Assembly (NCBI GenBank): GCA_964644375.1
Contig: CAZXWJ010000001.1
Coordinates: 2,124 to 66,123 of the forward strand
Direction of reading: 5' to 3'
Length of the DNA stretch: 64,000 nucleotides
Source: an uncultured Desulfobacteraceae bacterium
Lineage (GTDB): Bacteria; Desulfobacterota; DSM-4660; Desulfatiglandales; HGW-15
The notes beneath the pieces are model-generated. The model did not search any database. It was not told the DNA's origin and saw nothing but the letters and a program-made list of their open reading frames with translations. Each line of letters starts with the position of its first letter. Position 1 is the stretch's first letter. The position numbers were made by a program, and so were the translations under genes. Shown here piece by piece: positions 8,107 through 18,701 of the stretch.

Positions 8107-9927
8107 ATGTTGGATCGCATCTTAGGAAAAGAAATCGCTCATTACGTGAAAGCCCATCGAGGCCTGGTTATCCTTGCCCTTGCCCTCACGGCCCTTTCCA
8201 CGCTTTTTGTTGTGGTACCCGCCTATCTTTTACAACCCTTTGTCGATGAGGGGATGAAGACTGGTGCCGAGCCTGCCACATGGAAGATCCCCTGGGTCGT
8301 TTTTGATTGGGGCGAGGGGTTTTCCTGGCATCGAACGGAACTGGTTCTGGTCGACGGCATCTCTCCAAACAGACTTCTGATTTTGCTTACCATCGTGGCG
8401 TTCTTGTCCGTTGTTTGCAAATCCATCACCATCTACTTGAGCCAGTTGGCAGCAGCCGCCTTTTCCAACCGGGCCATTATGTCGGTAAGGATCGATCTGT
8501 TTGATAAATTTATCTCATTGCCCCTCGGTTTCTACCACAAGCGCAAGGCTGGAGAGCTCATTTCCAGGTCTACAGCCGATTTAACGGTGATGCAGGGGAC
8601 CATCTCGAATATCCTTATCGGCCTGATTCAACATCCCCTTACTGCTTCGATTTTTTTGATATATCTCCTTATCATGAACCCCAAGCTGACTCTGTTTGTT
8701 TTCGTGACGGTTCCCGTGATCGTGGGCCTGATTCGCCTGTTCGGAAGAAAGGTGAAAAAACATTCCATCAGAGTCCAGGACGGCATTTCACTGGTGACTT
8801 CCGCCTATCAGGAAATCCTTCTTTGTCTCAAGGTCATCCAGGGGTTTTGTACGGGCAAAGTTGAATCGGATAAATTTCGCGTGCTTGCCGATGAATTGTA
8901 CAGGAAGGTCATGCATTGGAACCGTTGGTTTCTGGGGCTTGGACCCATGATGGATGCCACCGTGTTTCTGGTCTTGCCCGCAGTCTTGATCGTCGGAAAA
9001 GTGTACTTTCATCATACCCTTGGCGAATTGATGTCTATGGTCTACGCATTCTCCCGGGTCTATTCACCTGTGAAGAGCCTGGCCAGGGTGAATAATGAAC
9101 TTCGTAGTCTTCAGGGCGCCACGGAACGGGTCTTCGCCATCATGGAGACGGAGCCGGATATTCGTGAAAAAAGCGATGCAAAATCCCTCGCCAGGCCCCG
9201 GGAATTGATCCAATTTAAAAATGTCTATTTTTCCTATGATTTTTCGGTTCCTGTGCTCAAGGGTATATCCTGTAATATTAAACCCGGTCATATGGTGGCC
9301 TTTATCGGTTCGACAGGGGCGGGGAAAAGCACACTCCTGGATCTTCTGCCCCGATTCTATGACGTCACGGGGGGAACCATCGCCATTGACGGTATCGATA
9401 TTCGGGATGTCACTCTCGAATCCCTTCGCCGTCAGATAGGCATCGTCAGTCAGGAAGTCCTTCTTTTTCATGACACGATCGCCAATAATATTCGGTACTC
9501 CCATCCTGAAAAGGATTTGGAAGCGGTCATCAGGGCGGCCAAGGCCGCCCATGCCCATGATTTTATCATGGCCCAGAGCCTGGGATATGATTCGATTGTA
9601 GGGGATCGAGGGGCTCTTTTGTCAGGCGGGCAGAGACAGCGTATCGCCATTGCACGAGCAATCCTTGCGGAAGCCTCAATCCTGTTGCTTGACGAGGCCG
9701 CCTCGGCCCTGGATGCCGAAAGCGAGAATTTTATTCAAGAGACTCTCGAAAGGTTGAGGGGAGATAGAACTATCCTGGTCGTGGCACATCGGTTGAGCAC
9801 CATCAGGAAGGCCGATATCATCTACGTGCTGGAGGAAGGCAGGATCGTGGAATCCGGGGGTCATGAGGAGTTGCTGGCCCGGGAAGGACGTTTTCGACAA
9901 CTTCATGACATGCAAGTAAGCGATTAA
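8107..9927 (+). CDS. ABC exporter, fused permease/ATPase (MsbA-like)
   Basis: N-terminal 6-TM domain. Walker A GSTGAGKST, signature LSGGQRQR and Walker B ILLLDEA. Confidence 0.85.
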   Translation: MLDRILGKEIAHYVKAHRGLVILALALTALSTLFVVVPAYLLQPFVDEGMKTGAEPATWKIPWVVFDWGEGFSWHRTELVLVDGISPNRLLILLTIVAFLSVVCKSITIYLSQLAAAAFSNRAIMSVRIDLFDKFISLPLGFYHKRKAGELISRSTADLTVMQGTISNILIGLIQHPLTASIFLIYLLIMNPKLTLFVFVTVPVIVGLIRLFGRKVKKHSIRVQDGISLVTSAYQEILLCLKVIQGFCTGKVESDKFRVLADELYRKVMHWNRWFLGLGPMMDATVFLVLPAVLIVGKVYFHHTLGELMSMVYAFSRVYSPVKSLARVNNELRSLQGATERVFAIMETEPDIREKSDAKSLARPRELIQFKNVYFSYDFSVPVLKGISCNIKPGHMVAFIGSTGAGKSTLLDLLPRFYDVTGGTIAIDGIDIRDVTLESLRRQIGIVSQEVLLFHDTIANNIRYSHPEKDLEAVIRAAKAAHAHDFIMAQSLGYDSIVGDRGALLSGGQRQRIAIARAILAEASILLLDEAASALDAESENFIQETLERLRGDRTILVVAHRLSTIRKADIIYVLEEGRIVESGGHEELLAREGRFRQLHDMQVSD

Positions 9928-10032
9928 AGGGGAAGTTGCCGGGGGAGAAAGGCGCCATGACTTTTAACTCTCTTGTCAGGCTGCAGGAGCCGGGAAATCG
10001 ACTGTTACCTGAACTTTTTCGGCGCCGGTGTA

Positions 10033-10302
10033 CTAGGATTCTTTCAGAAGCGATTTGATTTCATCCTGTGAGACACCGTAAAAGCGAATGGTTTTGTGCT
10101 TCGATCGTTTGCCTGAGATGATCTCAACACTCGATTTGGAAATTCTCAGTCTTTTTGCGAAGAGATCGACAAGGGCCTTGTTTGCAAGACCATCGACAGG
10201 AGGTGCGGTGATTTTTATTTTATAGACACCCCCTTCCTTTTCGAGGATTCGGTTTCTGGATGATCTGGGAACGACTTTTACCCTGATTTCGATTCGTTCC
10301 AT
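10033..10302 (-). CDS. DUF167 (YggU) family protein
   Basis: Sequence MERIEIRVKVVPRSSRN...PPVDGLANKALVDLFAK...ISGKRSKHK fits the family pattern. ATG 10302 is preceded by GGAG at 7 nt; the longer ORF-track start at 10365 is less likely. Confidence 0.75.
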   Translation of the reverse strand: MERIEIRVKVVPRSSRNRILEKEGGVYKIKITAPPVDGLANKALVDLFAKRLRISKSSVEIISGKRSKHKTIRFYGVSQDEIKSLLKES

Positions 10303-10497
10303 CTTCGGCTCCTTTTTTACTTTTTTTTTCATGGATTTCTGTCTTCCGTGGTCATAAGAAGTCATCCGGTTGCTTCAGCACGGGTGCTCAAGTCAACTGC
10401 CGGGGCGCCAGCACTCCAATATTTGTATTGAATTCCCAAAAAGGTTGGGATAGGGTTGCCGCTGTTGTTGTATATGACTTCTGTCAGGGGCGCCTCG

Positions 10498-11316
10498 ATG
10501 TATCTTATCAAATCCATCATTGATATCGTCATAGTCCTTTTGCTGGTGAGACTACTGATTAGGCCCAATGAGGCCTATTTTGATCCCATCTACAGGCTCA
10601 TCTACCGGATTACAGATCCCGTGCTGATTCCTTCCAGATACCTTATCCGCGATGCCTCAAAAGGCATATTGCTGATTGTTTCGGTACTGATTGTTCTCAG
10701 GGGTTTGGTATTTGTCGCAATTAGCCCCATGTCTGTGTCCACCGGGATCGGCATCAGCTTTTTGAACCTTTTTCAACTTCTTTTTCAGGCCTACATGGTG
10801 ATGTGGTTCGTTTCCGTTCTCTCCCAACGGGCCTTTGGAACTTCATTCCAAAACCTGATTCAACGCGCCTTTACGCCTATCCTCAGGGTGTCTCAGCGGT
10901 TTGGGATTCGAAGACACCGCCTTCATCTTTTTTTCTTTCTGTTTCTATGGGGCACCTATGCCCTTTTGAGCGTCATTATTCGCTCTACCACAATCCCCGG
11001 AATTGTCTTTTCCCCTTTGTTGTTCGTCCACGGGTTCGCCGATGGTTTGATGCTTCTACTGGGCCTTTTTACTTTTCCTGGTTTTTTTTCATTGGTCATC
11101 ATTGTCGGGGCCCTGCTTTCCTGGGTCAGCCCGGACCCTTCCAATCCTGTAGTGCAAGCCATTTACGGCATCAGTGAACCCCTTTTGAGCCTCTTTCGCC
11201 GATTCATTCCCCTGTTGGGGGGGATTGATTTTTCACCTATCGTGGCCATTTTTTGCTTTCAGATTCTGGGTGGGTTGGGTCAGCAACTGATTGCCGGGTT
11301 CTTGAGGGCGCTGTAA
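10498..11316 (+). CDS. yggT: YggT family membrane protein (two YggT repeats)
   Basis: Two repeats of the YggT pattern (...RLIYRITDPVLIPSR... and ...ISEPLLSLFRRFIPLLGGIDFSPIV). Start is uncertain: 10456 TTG, 10474 ATG or 10498 ATG. Confidence 0.75.
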   Translation: MYLIKSIIDIVIVLLLVRLLIRPNEAYFDPIYRLIYRITDPVLIPSRYLIRDASKGILLIVSVLIVLRGLVFVAISPMSVSTGIGISFLNLFQLLFQAYMVMWFVSVLSQRAFGTSFQNLIQRAFTPILRVSQRFGIRRHRLHLFFFLFLWGTYALLSVIIRSTTIPGIVFSPLLFVHGFADGLMLLLGLFTFPGFFSLVIIVGALLSWVSPDPSNPVVQAIYGISEPLLSLFRRFIPLLGGIDFSPIVAIFCFQILGGLGQQLIAGFLRAL

Positions 11317-11334
11317 GCGACGAAAAAGACACCC

Positions 11335-12075
11335 TCAGGGGGAGAGAGGTGCGGCCTTTCGGATTTCAAAGGCCGTGATGATCCCATGGCATTTACATGC
11401 CGTTCCAAGGAGCCACCTGCCGTTTCCACTCTTTTTAACCTCACTGAAGAATCTCGCCATATCTCTGACCCGATATCCACCCATTCCCGGTGCAATTTGG
11501 CGGCTTTGGGTAACATGGACCCGATAGCCGGCGACGGCCAATCCTCCTAAGAGGTCATAAAGGGGAGGGCCTCGCCTTTTGCCCGTCACTGTGCAGTATT
11601 CTTCAGGTTCCGGGCAATCGTCCGGGCATCGGAAATCGGCATAGCTAACCAGTAAAGATCCCTCGGAACCCTGCCATGTATGAGGCAGAATAGATCTTAT
11701 CTTCTCCGGGACAGGTGCTTGATGGACCGTCCGTTTATCCTCAAGAAGGCCTTTCAGCCATTCAAAGGTAAGGTGAAGGGGGATGGCCGGAATAACCGTA
11801 TTGGAGGGATGGAGCAGTAGAAAATTTTTGCACAGGAAATGGATGCCGTCGCATAAAATTTTCTTGGCGGAACCCCCCTGGATAACTTCAAGATTACTCT
11901 TTTCTTTGTCCACGATAAATATCGGGGACTCTCCCCTTTCACTCAGTATTCTGAGAGCCCTTTGTCCGAAATGCCCAGCCCCGATGATGAACACAGCCGT
12001 TTCAGGGAGTGGCACCGAAATGTCGCAGAATGGATATTGGGGTGGGGTCGCCTTTTCCATCGTGAGCGGATTCAC
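11335..12075 (-). CDS. Rossmann-like (GxGxxG) protein with Cys-rich C-terminal half, function unknown
   Basis: FIIGAGHFGQRAL dinucleotide-binding motif, then CPDDCPEPEEYC and CKCH cysteine clusters. Start is GTG 12075 or ATG 12060. Confidence 0.6.
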   Translation of the reverse strand: MNPLTMEKATPPQYPFCDISVPLPETAVFIIGAGHFGQRALRILSERGESPIFIVDKEKSNLEVIQGGSAKKILCDGIHFLCKNFLLLHPSNTVIPAIPLHLTFEWLKGLLEDKRTVHQAPVPEKIRSILPHTWQGSEGSLLVSYADFRCPDDCPEPEEYCTVTGKRRGPPLYDLLGGLAVAGYRVHVTQSRQIAPGMGGYRVRDMARFFSEVKKSGNGRWLLGTACKCHGIITAFEIRKAAPLSP

Positions 12076-12217
12076 ATGAGTGAGGTGAACAAGCAGGGCA
12101 TAGTGTCCCTATTCATGACGAACAACTCGTCTCAGGGTGAGGTCAACCCGATATTATAAAACAGGAAGGACCCTAAGTTATTTTGAGCCATAGGGCTCGT
12201 CGTTTGCTGGATCAAAA

Positions 12218-12625
12218 GTGTGTTAGAGTAAGCCGATAAGCCGGGTTCTGTTTCTCCGGTACCGCGTATTGCGAAACCGGGGACAATGACCATTCATCTT
12301 GCCCCGACGTTACCGTCGGGGTCGAGCGACCTACCCGGGAACTCGAGCGGACCGCCCTTAATCGTTCCCCTATTTGGTTTTGCTCCGGATGGGGTTTACC
12401 TAGCTCCTGTCGTCACCGACTGGACTGGTGAGCTCTTACCTCACCCTTTCACCCTTACTCGACAAAACGGTTCGAGACCTTTCTGTCGGGCGGTTTCCTT
12501 TCTGTGGCACTTTCCTGCCCGTCACCGGGACTGGGGGTTACCCAGCATCCTGTCCTGCGGAGCCCGGACTTTCCTCCCCTTTGCCTGTCTGCAAAGCAGC
12601 GGTCATTTGTCTTACTCTAACACAC
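12218..12625 (-). ncRNA. rnpB: RNase P RNA, bacterial type A
   Basis: The minus strand contains GAGGAAAGTCCGGGCTCC (P4 5' strand), GGGTGAAAGGGTGAGGTAAGAGCTCACC and ACAGAACCCGGCTTATCGG. The P1 helix is GTGTGTTAGAGTAAG (12611-12625) paired with CTTACTCTAACACAC (12218-12232). Confidence 0.93.
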
Positions 12626-12628
12626 GGC

Positions 12629-13369
12629 TTATTGTACATCGTTTCTGACGTCCTGAAAATGTTCGTCTTCACCCCAGTAGATCATACGATTGCAATATGG
12701 GCAGGTCATCAGGACATCACCCTTCAACAATTCGTTGAATTTCTGGGGGGGGAGACCCATATGGCAGGCTTGACAAACCCCTGCGATCACAGCACTAATC
12801 GCTTTCCCCGCCCTCCTTTTTCGAAGAAACTGGTATTTTTTAAGAATATCGTCATTCACGGTCCGGCTGAGTTTTTTGTTCTTTTTTTGAAGACCGTCGA
12901 GCTCTTTATCTAATAGACCGAGTTCTTTTTCGATTTCATGCTTGCCCTGATTGAACTCTGTCTTCAGTCGGTTATGTTCATCTTTGTTGGTCATTTTTTT
13001 CTGTTCAAGGGCTTCGATCTCTTCAAACAGCCGGATCATTTTGTCCTCTGTGTGGGATTTCGTCAATTTAATGTCTTCGATTTCCTTGAGGACTGCGGCG
13101 TATTCCTTGTTTGATTTAATGTTGGAGAGTTTGATGTTGCTTTTTTCAATTTTGCTATCAAAATCCTGGATTTCCTGCTCGATCTGTCGTCTCTCCTTTC
13201 CCAACAGTTCCAGCCTTTCGGAGTCTTCTCGAAATTTTTCTTCAGCAGCGGCGAGGTCCCCCTGAAGGTTTTGAATCCTCAATGGAGCCTTATTTTTCTG
13301 ATCATTGATTGTATTGATCCTGCTGTCGCAGGCCTGAAGTTGTACCAAGATTTTCATTTGGTCCTTCAC
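12629..13369 (-). CDS. C4-type zinc-ribbon coiled-coil protein (COG1579 family)
   Basis: Long heptad-rich coiled coil, then CQACHMGLPPQ...CPYCNRMIY, a four-Cys ribbon. Confidence 0.8.
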   Translation of the reverse strand: MKDQMKILVQLQACDSRINTINDQKNKAPLRIQNLQGDLAAAEEKFREDSERLELLGKERRQIEQEIQDFDSKIEKSNIKLSNIKSNKEYAAVLKEIEDIKLTKSHTEDKMIRLFEEIEALEQKKMTNKDEHNRLKTEFNQGKHEIEKELGLLDKELDGLQKKNKKLSRTVNDDILKKYQFLRKRRAGKAISAVIAGVCQACHMGLPPQKFNELLKGDVLMTCPYCNRMIYWGEDEHFQDVRNDVQ

Positions 13370-13521
13370 CTGTTGTCCCCCTAATTCATGATAGTGTAGT
13401 CAATTAAAAATTCTTTCGCATATCGTCTATAAATAGGAAAATCGTCTTTCTGGACGAAATGATCATCTGTCACCGGAGTGCACTCGGTGAGGAGTTTTAT
13501 TTGCTGCAGTCAACTGGTCCT

Positions 13522-14331
13522 TCATCTATACCGCATAGGGTCTCTTTCGTCTTGGAGAAACTCTACGGTAGCCTCCCAGTCCTTTTTTATCAGGATTTTT
13601 CCGAGTTGATCCGCAAAGAGCGATAATGCGGCCTTTTCCGTGTGAAAATGACCCCCGTCAATGAGGGCCAGCCCGGTACTTTCGGCCTCTAAAGAATGAT
13701 GGTGCCCCACATCGCCGGTTATTAAGAGATCGGCGCCTGCTTCAGCGGCAAAAGAAACAAGACTCCCTCCGGAACCCCCCACTACGGCAACCCGGCTGAT
13801 AAGTCGATCCCCCTTGCCTACTATTTTGACGGCCTGCGATCCGAGTTTTTCTTTGACTGTCTCACCCATCTCGTCAAGACTTTTGGCTTCCGGGAGAAGA
13901 CCGATTCGCCCGAGACCCACCTTGTCGGTATTTGAGTCGCCCCTTTTTTGAAGGGGAGTTGCATCTTGAAGCTCGAAGATTTGCGCCAACATATCGTTGA
14001 TGCCGCCCTGAGATACATCTAAATTTGTATGGGCGGCAACTATGGATATGCCGTCCCTCATGGCCTTAAAAATGACATTTACAGGAAAGGTTTCCATATC
14101 AAAATGGGTAAGGGGAGTGAAAATCAAAGGGTGATGGGTCAGCAAGAGTTGAGCTCTTCTCCGGTGGGCCGTCTTTAGGTTGGCTAGTGTTGGATCAAGG
14201 GCTATCATTATTTTTTGAATAATTTGAGACCGCTGTCCAACCTGTAAACCGGGATTGTCCCAATCTTCCGCGAGGCTGGCGGGTGCCAGTTCCTCCAGTA
14301 TGTCAATTATATTGCTGAGCCTGAGGCGCAT
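13522..14331 (-). CDS. Nif3-like dinuclear metal centre protein (YqfO/YbgI family)
   Basis: Blocks NPGLQVG, LLLTHHPLIF, AAHTNLD and GGHFHTE are typical of the NIF3 family. Confidence 0.85.
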   Translation of the reverse strand: MRLRLSNIIDILEELAPASLAEDWDNPGLQVGQRSQIIQKIMIALDPTLANLKTAHRRRAQLLLTHHPLIFTPLTHFDMETFPVNVIFKAMRDGISIVAAHTNLDVSQGGINDMLAQIFELQDATPLQKRGDSNTDKVGLGRIGLLPEAKSLDEMGETVKEKLGSQAVKIVGKGDRLISRVAVVGGSGGSLVSFAAEAGADLLITGDVGHHHSLEAESTGLALIDGGHFHTEKAALSLFADQLGKILIKKDWEATVEFLQDERDPMRYR

Positions 14332-14589
14332 TTTTTGCTCGAAAATCCCGATAATGAATGCCTTGTAACGATAAAAGAGCCATGAGCCTATCGGATAATT
14401 CCGAAATCCATAGGTCGTTGGAACCTTTAAGGGGAGAAAAAACTATCGTCCGAAAGGGGAGGAATAAAGGAATCCGAAAATCGAAAAGGCGCACCAAATA
14501 AGATGCGCCCTTGATTTTTGCACGACGTGTTGTTTGGAATATCACGGCAATAAAATTTTTTGCTGTCATTATGACAAAATTATTGATGA

Positions 14590-14662
14590 TGGGCCCACCT
14601 GGGTTCGAACCAGGGACCTACCGGTTATGAGCCGGTGGCTCTTCCAGCTGAGCTATAGGCCC
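14590..14662 (-). tRNA. tRNA with CAT anticodon (Met; could be lysidine-modified Ile2)
   Basis: The minus strand reads GGGCCTATAGCTCAGCTGGAAGAGCCACCGGCTCATAACCGGTAGGTCCCTGGTTCGAACCCAGGTGGGCCCA. It folds as a cloverleaf with a 7-bp acceptor stem (one GU), anticodon loop CTCATAA and T-loop GGTTCGAA. CCA is not encoded. Confidence 0.9.
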
Positions 14663-14818
14663 AAACCATTTGCGTTAAACGTAGTCATCAGCATGCAGCT
14701 TGATTAGCCGTTTGTCAAGTGAAATTGACGAACTAAAAAGATCTCTGCACCACTTTAGAGTTTTTAAAAGCCATGATCAATGTCGCTGTGTTTCGGAGAG
14801 CTGAAATGTTATAAAAAT

Positions 14819-16582
14819 TTACTGTTCAATAAAACTCTTCAATTTCTTGCTTCTGCTGGGATGCCGCAATTTTCTCAGAGCCTTTGCCTCGATTTGTCTG
14901 ATTCTTTCCCTTGTAACACTAAAATCACGGCCGACTTCTTCGAGAGTATGGTCCGATTTTTCTCCGATACCGAATCGCATCCGCAACACTTTTTCCTCTC
15001 TCGGAGTAAGTGTGGTCAGAACCTTTCTCGTCTGTTCCCCCAGATTATGATTCACAACTGCATCGCCCGGAGAAATGATCTTCTTATCCTCGATAAAATC
15101 TCCCAAATGGCTGTCTTCCTCTTCACCTATGGGTGTTTCGAGGGAAATGGGCTCCTTGGCGATTTTCAAAACTTTTCTCACCTTTTCTAAAGGAAATTCC
15201 ATTTTTTCCGCAATTTCTTCAGGGGTAGGCTCTCGCCCATGCTCCTGGACCAGATACCTGGACGTTCGTATGAGTTTGTTGATGGTCTCGATCATATGTA
15301 CCGGGATGCGAATTGTCCTGGCCTGATCGGCAATGGCCCTGGTGATGGCCTGTCTGATCCACCAGGTCGCATAGGTGCTGAATTTATATCCTCTTTGGTA
15401 TTCAAATTTGTCTACGGCCTTCATGAGGCCGATATTGCCCTCTTGAATGAGATCCAGGAATTGGAGGCCCCTGTTAGTGTATTTTTTTGCAATACTGACA
15501 ACCAACCTCAGATTGGCCTCGATCAGTTCACTCTTTGCCTTTTTTGATTTTTCAATCCTTTCTTTGACCGTCTTCAGCGTATCCCTTAATTCCCGTTTGT
15601 CCATATTTGTTCGTTCTTTGAATTCCTTGATACACTTTTGGGCATTGTCTACCTTGTCCTTCAGGATCAGAAGATCATTTTTTGTCATTTTTAGAGAAGT
15701 TACGATCTGATCATCCTTGGCCGATTTCGGGATCTGACTGATGCATTTTTTGAGATGCGAAATGGGCTTGCCCCCGACCCTGAACATGCAATCGGAAATA
15801 TCCTTTTCCGCTTCATCAATCTGGGCCACGATCACTTTGAGTCTCTCAACCATGTGGTCGAGTTGTGTCTTCTCAAGTTTGAAGGAACTGATGAGCTCCA
15901 CAATTTTCTTGTGATTTTCTTCTGCTTTGAATTTCAGTTCCTTTTTTGTGGCTGCGGGGCACTGTCTTTTCTGCATTTCCCTCTTGGAATCGGTACGCTC
16001 TTGATATAAAGAACTTATTTCATGAATGAGAGCGATAATGGCCTCTCGTTTTTCCCCGACCTGAGTGTGACTGTCCTCATCGTCAAGGTCATTGATCACA
16101 TCCTTTAATTTGATTTCGCCCAACTGGAGGAATTCGCCCAGCTCTATGATATACTCGATGCCGACACAACATTTGAGTAAGGCGCTTAAGGCTTCGCTCT
16201 CTCCCGCTTCGATTCTCTTGGCGATTTCCACCTCGCCTTCTCTCGTGAGGAGGGATATGCAGCCCATTTCCTTCAAGTACATCTTTACGGGATCTGAGAC
16301 CCTGGCGCCGCTATCCGATAGATCCGGCCGAAAAGCCTCTTTTTCTAGGGCCTTATCCTGTTTTTTCTTAACTTTTTTGGATTTTTCGATTTCTTCTTTT
16401 GATGCCTCGTCAATGACCATGATGTCCAATTCTTGAAACATCATCATGAGATCATCGATAAATTCGGAAGACACGACATCGTCGGGCAGATCATCGTTTA
16501 ACTCCTCGTAGGTGATATAGCCCTTATCTTTTCCGAGATTGATCAATCTCTTTAAATTAACCATACCAGAATCGTCGGTCAT
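14819..16582 (-). CDS. rpoD: RNA polymerase primary sigma factor RpoD
   Basis: 587 aa with an acidic region 1, region 2 ([34 protein letters not shown]) and region 4 ([26 protein letters not shown]). Confidence 0.95.
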   Translation of the reverse strand: MTDDSGMVNLKRLINLGKDKGYITYEELNDDLPDDVVSSEFIDDLMMMFQELDIMVIDEASKEEIEKSKKVKKKQDKALEKEAFRPDLSDSGARVSDPVKMYLKEMGCISLLTREGEVEIAKRIEAGESEALSALLKCCVGIEYIIELGEFLQLGEIKLKDVINDLDDEDSHTQVGEKREAIIALIHEISSLYQERTDSKREMQKRQCPAATKKELKFKAEENHKKIVELISSFKLEKTQLDHMVERLKVIVAQIDEAEKDISDCMFRVGGKPISHLKKCISQIPKSAKDDQIVTSLKMTKNDLLILKDKVDNAQKCIKEFKERTNMDKRELRDTLKTVKERIEKSKKAKSELIEANLRLVVSIAKKYTNRGLQFLDLIQEGNIGLMKAVDKFEYQRGYKFSTYATWWIRQAITRAIADQARTIRIPVHMIETINKLIRTSRYLVQEHGREPTPEEIAEKMEFPLEKVRKVLKIAKEPISLETPIGEEEDSHLGDFIEDKKIISPGDAVVNHNLGEQTRKVLTTLTPREEKVLRMRFGIGEKSDHTLEEVGRDFSVTRERIRQIEAKALRKLRHPSRSKKLKSFIEQ

Positions 16583-16618
16583 TATTTGTCCTCCTGCATG
16601 GTTCCCCTTGGAATGGGG

Positions 16619-18373
16619 TTAACCCCACCTTTCTTTGATATATTTAGGAATCCTGTTAAGTTCCTCGATATCCCCTGTTTTCAATCCTCTTTTCAGAGCG
16701 CGTTTTTTGGATTCCGTGATTTTTATTTTTTGAATTCTATCCTCAAATTCCCGCACGGCCAGTTCTGCCTCATCCGCCTGAAACATCGGAGGGTTCAGCA
16801 TACTCTCTCGAAATGTTTCTGTGGCGGTCCTCTCTTTTAACCGGTCGAGAATGTCACTGGGTGCGATTATTCCTTCTCTTTCGAACAGTTCATGAGCGTC
16901 CTCAAGGATTTGCAGCACGATCCGGTTTGAAACAAGGACCTTATAGTTACGTTTCATTAACCGGTGCATTGCCTGAGGATGATGGACCAAAATATTCAGA
17001 AGAGACGCCTCGTCGCTACTTATGGGATTAGGTTCGGGTGTCTCTTTTTGTACTGTAAAGGCCGTATCCTTTTGTGTCTTTGATTCCTGCCATTGCCGAA
17101 GTTCCTTGATGATTGCAACTTCGGCAATCCCCGCCTTTTCCGCCACACGTCTTACGTAAAGCGAGCGCTGTGCTTCGCTTTTGAGTTTTGCCAGGGTGGG
17201 AAGAATCTCCTTCAATGCATTGAGCTTGCCTTCAATTTGATCGCCTTTTTTGGAAAAACTGAGCTCAATAAAAAAGTCGAACATGGGTACGGCCTCATCC
17301 AGGAGTGTCTGGAATTTATCCAGGCCGTTCCCGTTCACATAGCTATCAGGATCCTCACCCTCAGGCAGAATCAACACCTTGGATGAAAACCCTTCTGCCT
17401 GGAAATGCGAGAGGCTTTTCATGGCTGCCGTTTTTCCCGCCGTATCCGCATCGAAGACGACCACCGCCTCTTCGGCGTACCCCTTGAGCATTCGAATGTG
17501 ATCCCTCGTAAGGGCCGTTCCCAGGGTAGCCACGACACCTCGGAATCCGTGCTTATTTAATGCCAACACATCGGTGTAGCCTTCCACGATCACGGCGCGA
17601 GAATCCTCTCGAATCGATTGGACGGCAAGGTGGAGACCATAGAGTGCTTTTCCTTTATGGAAAAGAGAGGTTTCGGGTGTATTGAGATACTTGGGCAATG
17701 AGTCATCCAACACTCTGCCACCGAAACCAATAACCTGTTTTCGAAGATTACAGATCGGGAAGATAACCCTTCCCCGAAAACGGTCATAATACCCTGCACT
17801 TTTTCTAGGGAGGATCAAACCGGCTTGGACCGCTACGCCCATATCCCGTCCTTTACCCTGCAAAAAGCGTGACAAACCATTCCATTCGTCGGCGGTGTAT
17901 CCCAGTCGAAATTCCTCGGTCAGTTTTGTCGGGATACCTCTTTGGGCCAGGTATTGTCTGCCGGGTTCCCCCTTTTTTGACCGCAAAAGTGTATCGTGAA
18001 AAAATGTTGCGGCCTCTTCGTTGATTCTCAAAAGAGATTCATTCAATTCCAGTTTTCCCCTTTGAACCGGTGTCAATGGTTTCTCAGGAAGGGGAATATG
18101 GTATCTTTCAGCCAGATCACGCATCGCCTGTGGAAAAGATACTTTGTGGTATTCCATCCAGAAGGCAAAGACGTCCCCGCCTTTTTTGCACCCGAAACAA
18201 TGAAACATTTGCCTGGCGGGACTGACAGTGAAGGACGGAGCCTTTTCCGAATGAAAGGGACATAGGCCGATATGACTCTGGCCCGCCCGTTTCAGCTGTA
18301 CGTATTGTCCGATGACTTCGACAATGTCTGCCGCACTCCTAATTTCATTTTTTACAAAGTCTGAAGAATTCAT
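16619..18373 (-). CDS. dnaG: DNA primase DnaG
   Basis: Zn-finger CPFHSEKAPSFTV...FHCFGC, a TOPRIM block (VIVEGYTDVLAL, VVVFDADTAG) and a C-terminal helicase-interaction region. Confidence 0.95.
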   Translation of the reverse strand: MNSSDFVKNEIRSAADIVEVIGQYVQLKRAGQSHIGLCPFHSEKAPSFTVSPARQMFHCFGCKKGGDVFAFWMEYHKVSFPQAMRDLAERYHIPLPEKPLTPVQRGKLELNESLLRINEEAATFFHDTLLRSKKGEPGRQYLAQRGIPTKLTEEFRLGYTADEWNGLSRFLQGKGRDMGVAVQAGLILPRKSAGYYDRFRGRVIFPICNLRKQVIGFGGRVLDDSLPKYLNTPETSLFHKGKALYGLHLAVQSIREDSRAVIVEGYTDVLALNKHGFRGVVATLGTALTRDHIRMLKGYAEEAVVVFDADTAGKTAAMKSLSHFQAEGFSSKVLILPEGEDPDSYVNGNGLDKFQTLLDEAVPMFDFFIELSFSKKGDQIEGKLNALKEILPTLAKLKSEAQRSLYVRRVAEKAGIAEVAIIKELRQWQESKTQKDTAFTVQKETPEPNPISSDEASLLNILVHHPQAMHRLMKRNYKVLVSNRIVLQILEDAHELFEREGIIAPSDILDRLKERTATETFRESMLNPPMFQADEAELAVREFEDRIQKIKITESKKRALKRGLKTGDIEELNRIPKYIKERWG

Positions 18374-18672
18374 GATAGCTGTATCGGTTAAGAATTCGCC
18401 TGTAGCTCAATGATTTAATGACATGTGTTCATGCCTGATTTACACAATATCTTCATTCCTCTAAACCGGCCGATGTTGTCATCGGCCGTGTCTTAGGTTA
18501 CAAAAATATTGTTGGAAAACAGCGCATTTCAATACCGGCTGACCTAAATTCTTCTCTACAATCTGGATATCTGTCTTGCATTTAAACGAGATGTAAGTGC
18601 ATAGGGGCCTTATTAGGTGCCATAGCAATGGACGGGTTTTCAAGAAATGATTTCAAATTTAGGCCTTCAAAC

Positions 18673-18701
18673 GAAAAAACCCCTTCACCTGAAAGAAGGA
18701 G
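18673..18701 (-). terminator. Candidate Rho-independent terminator downstream of the YqeY-domain gene
   Basis: The minus strand reads CTCCTTC-TTTCAGGT-GAAGGGG followed by TTTTTT. One pair is G-U on the minus strand but an A-C mismatch on the plus strand, which favours minus-strand function. Confidence 0.4.

Noticed and set aside
12286-12913. Two plus-strand ORFs (12286-12648 and 12428-12913)
   Set aside because: They overlap RNase P RNA and the Zn-ribbon gene on the opposite strand. The RNase P conserved motifs explain this sequence.
14303-14569. 88-aa minus-strand ORF between Nif3 and tRNA-Met
   Set aside because: It overlaps the Nif3 start region and has no SD or family pattern. More likely a promoter or leader region.
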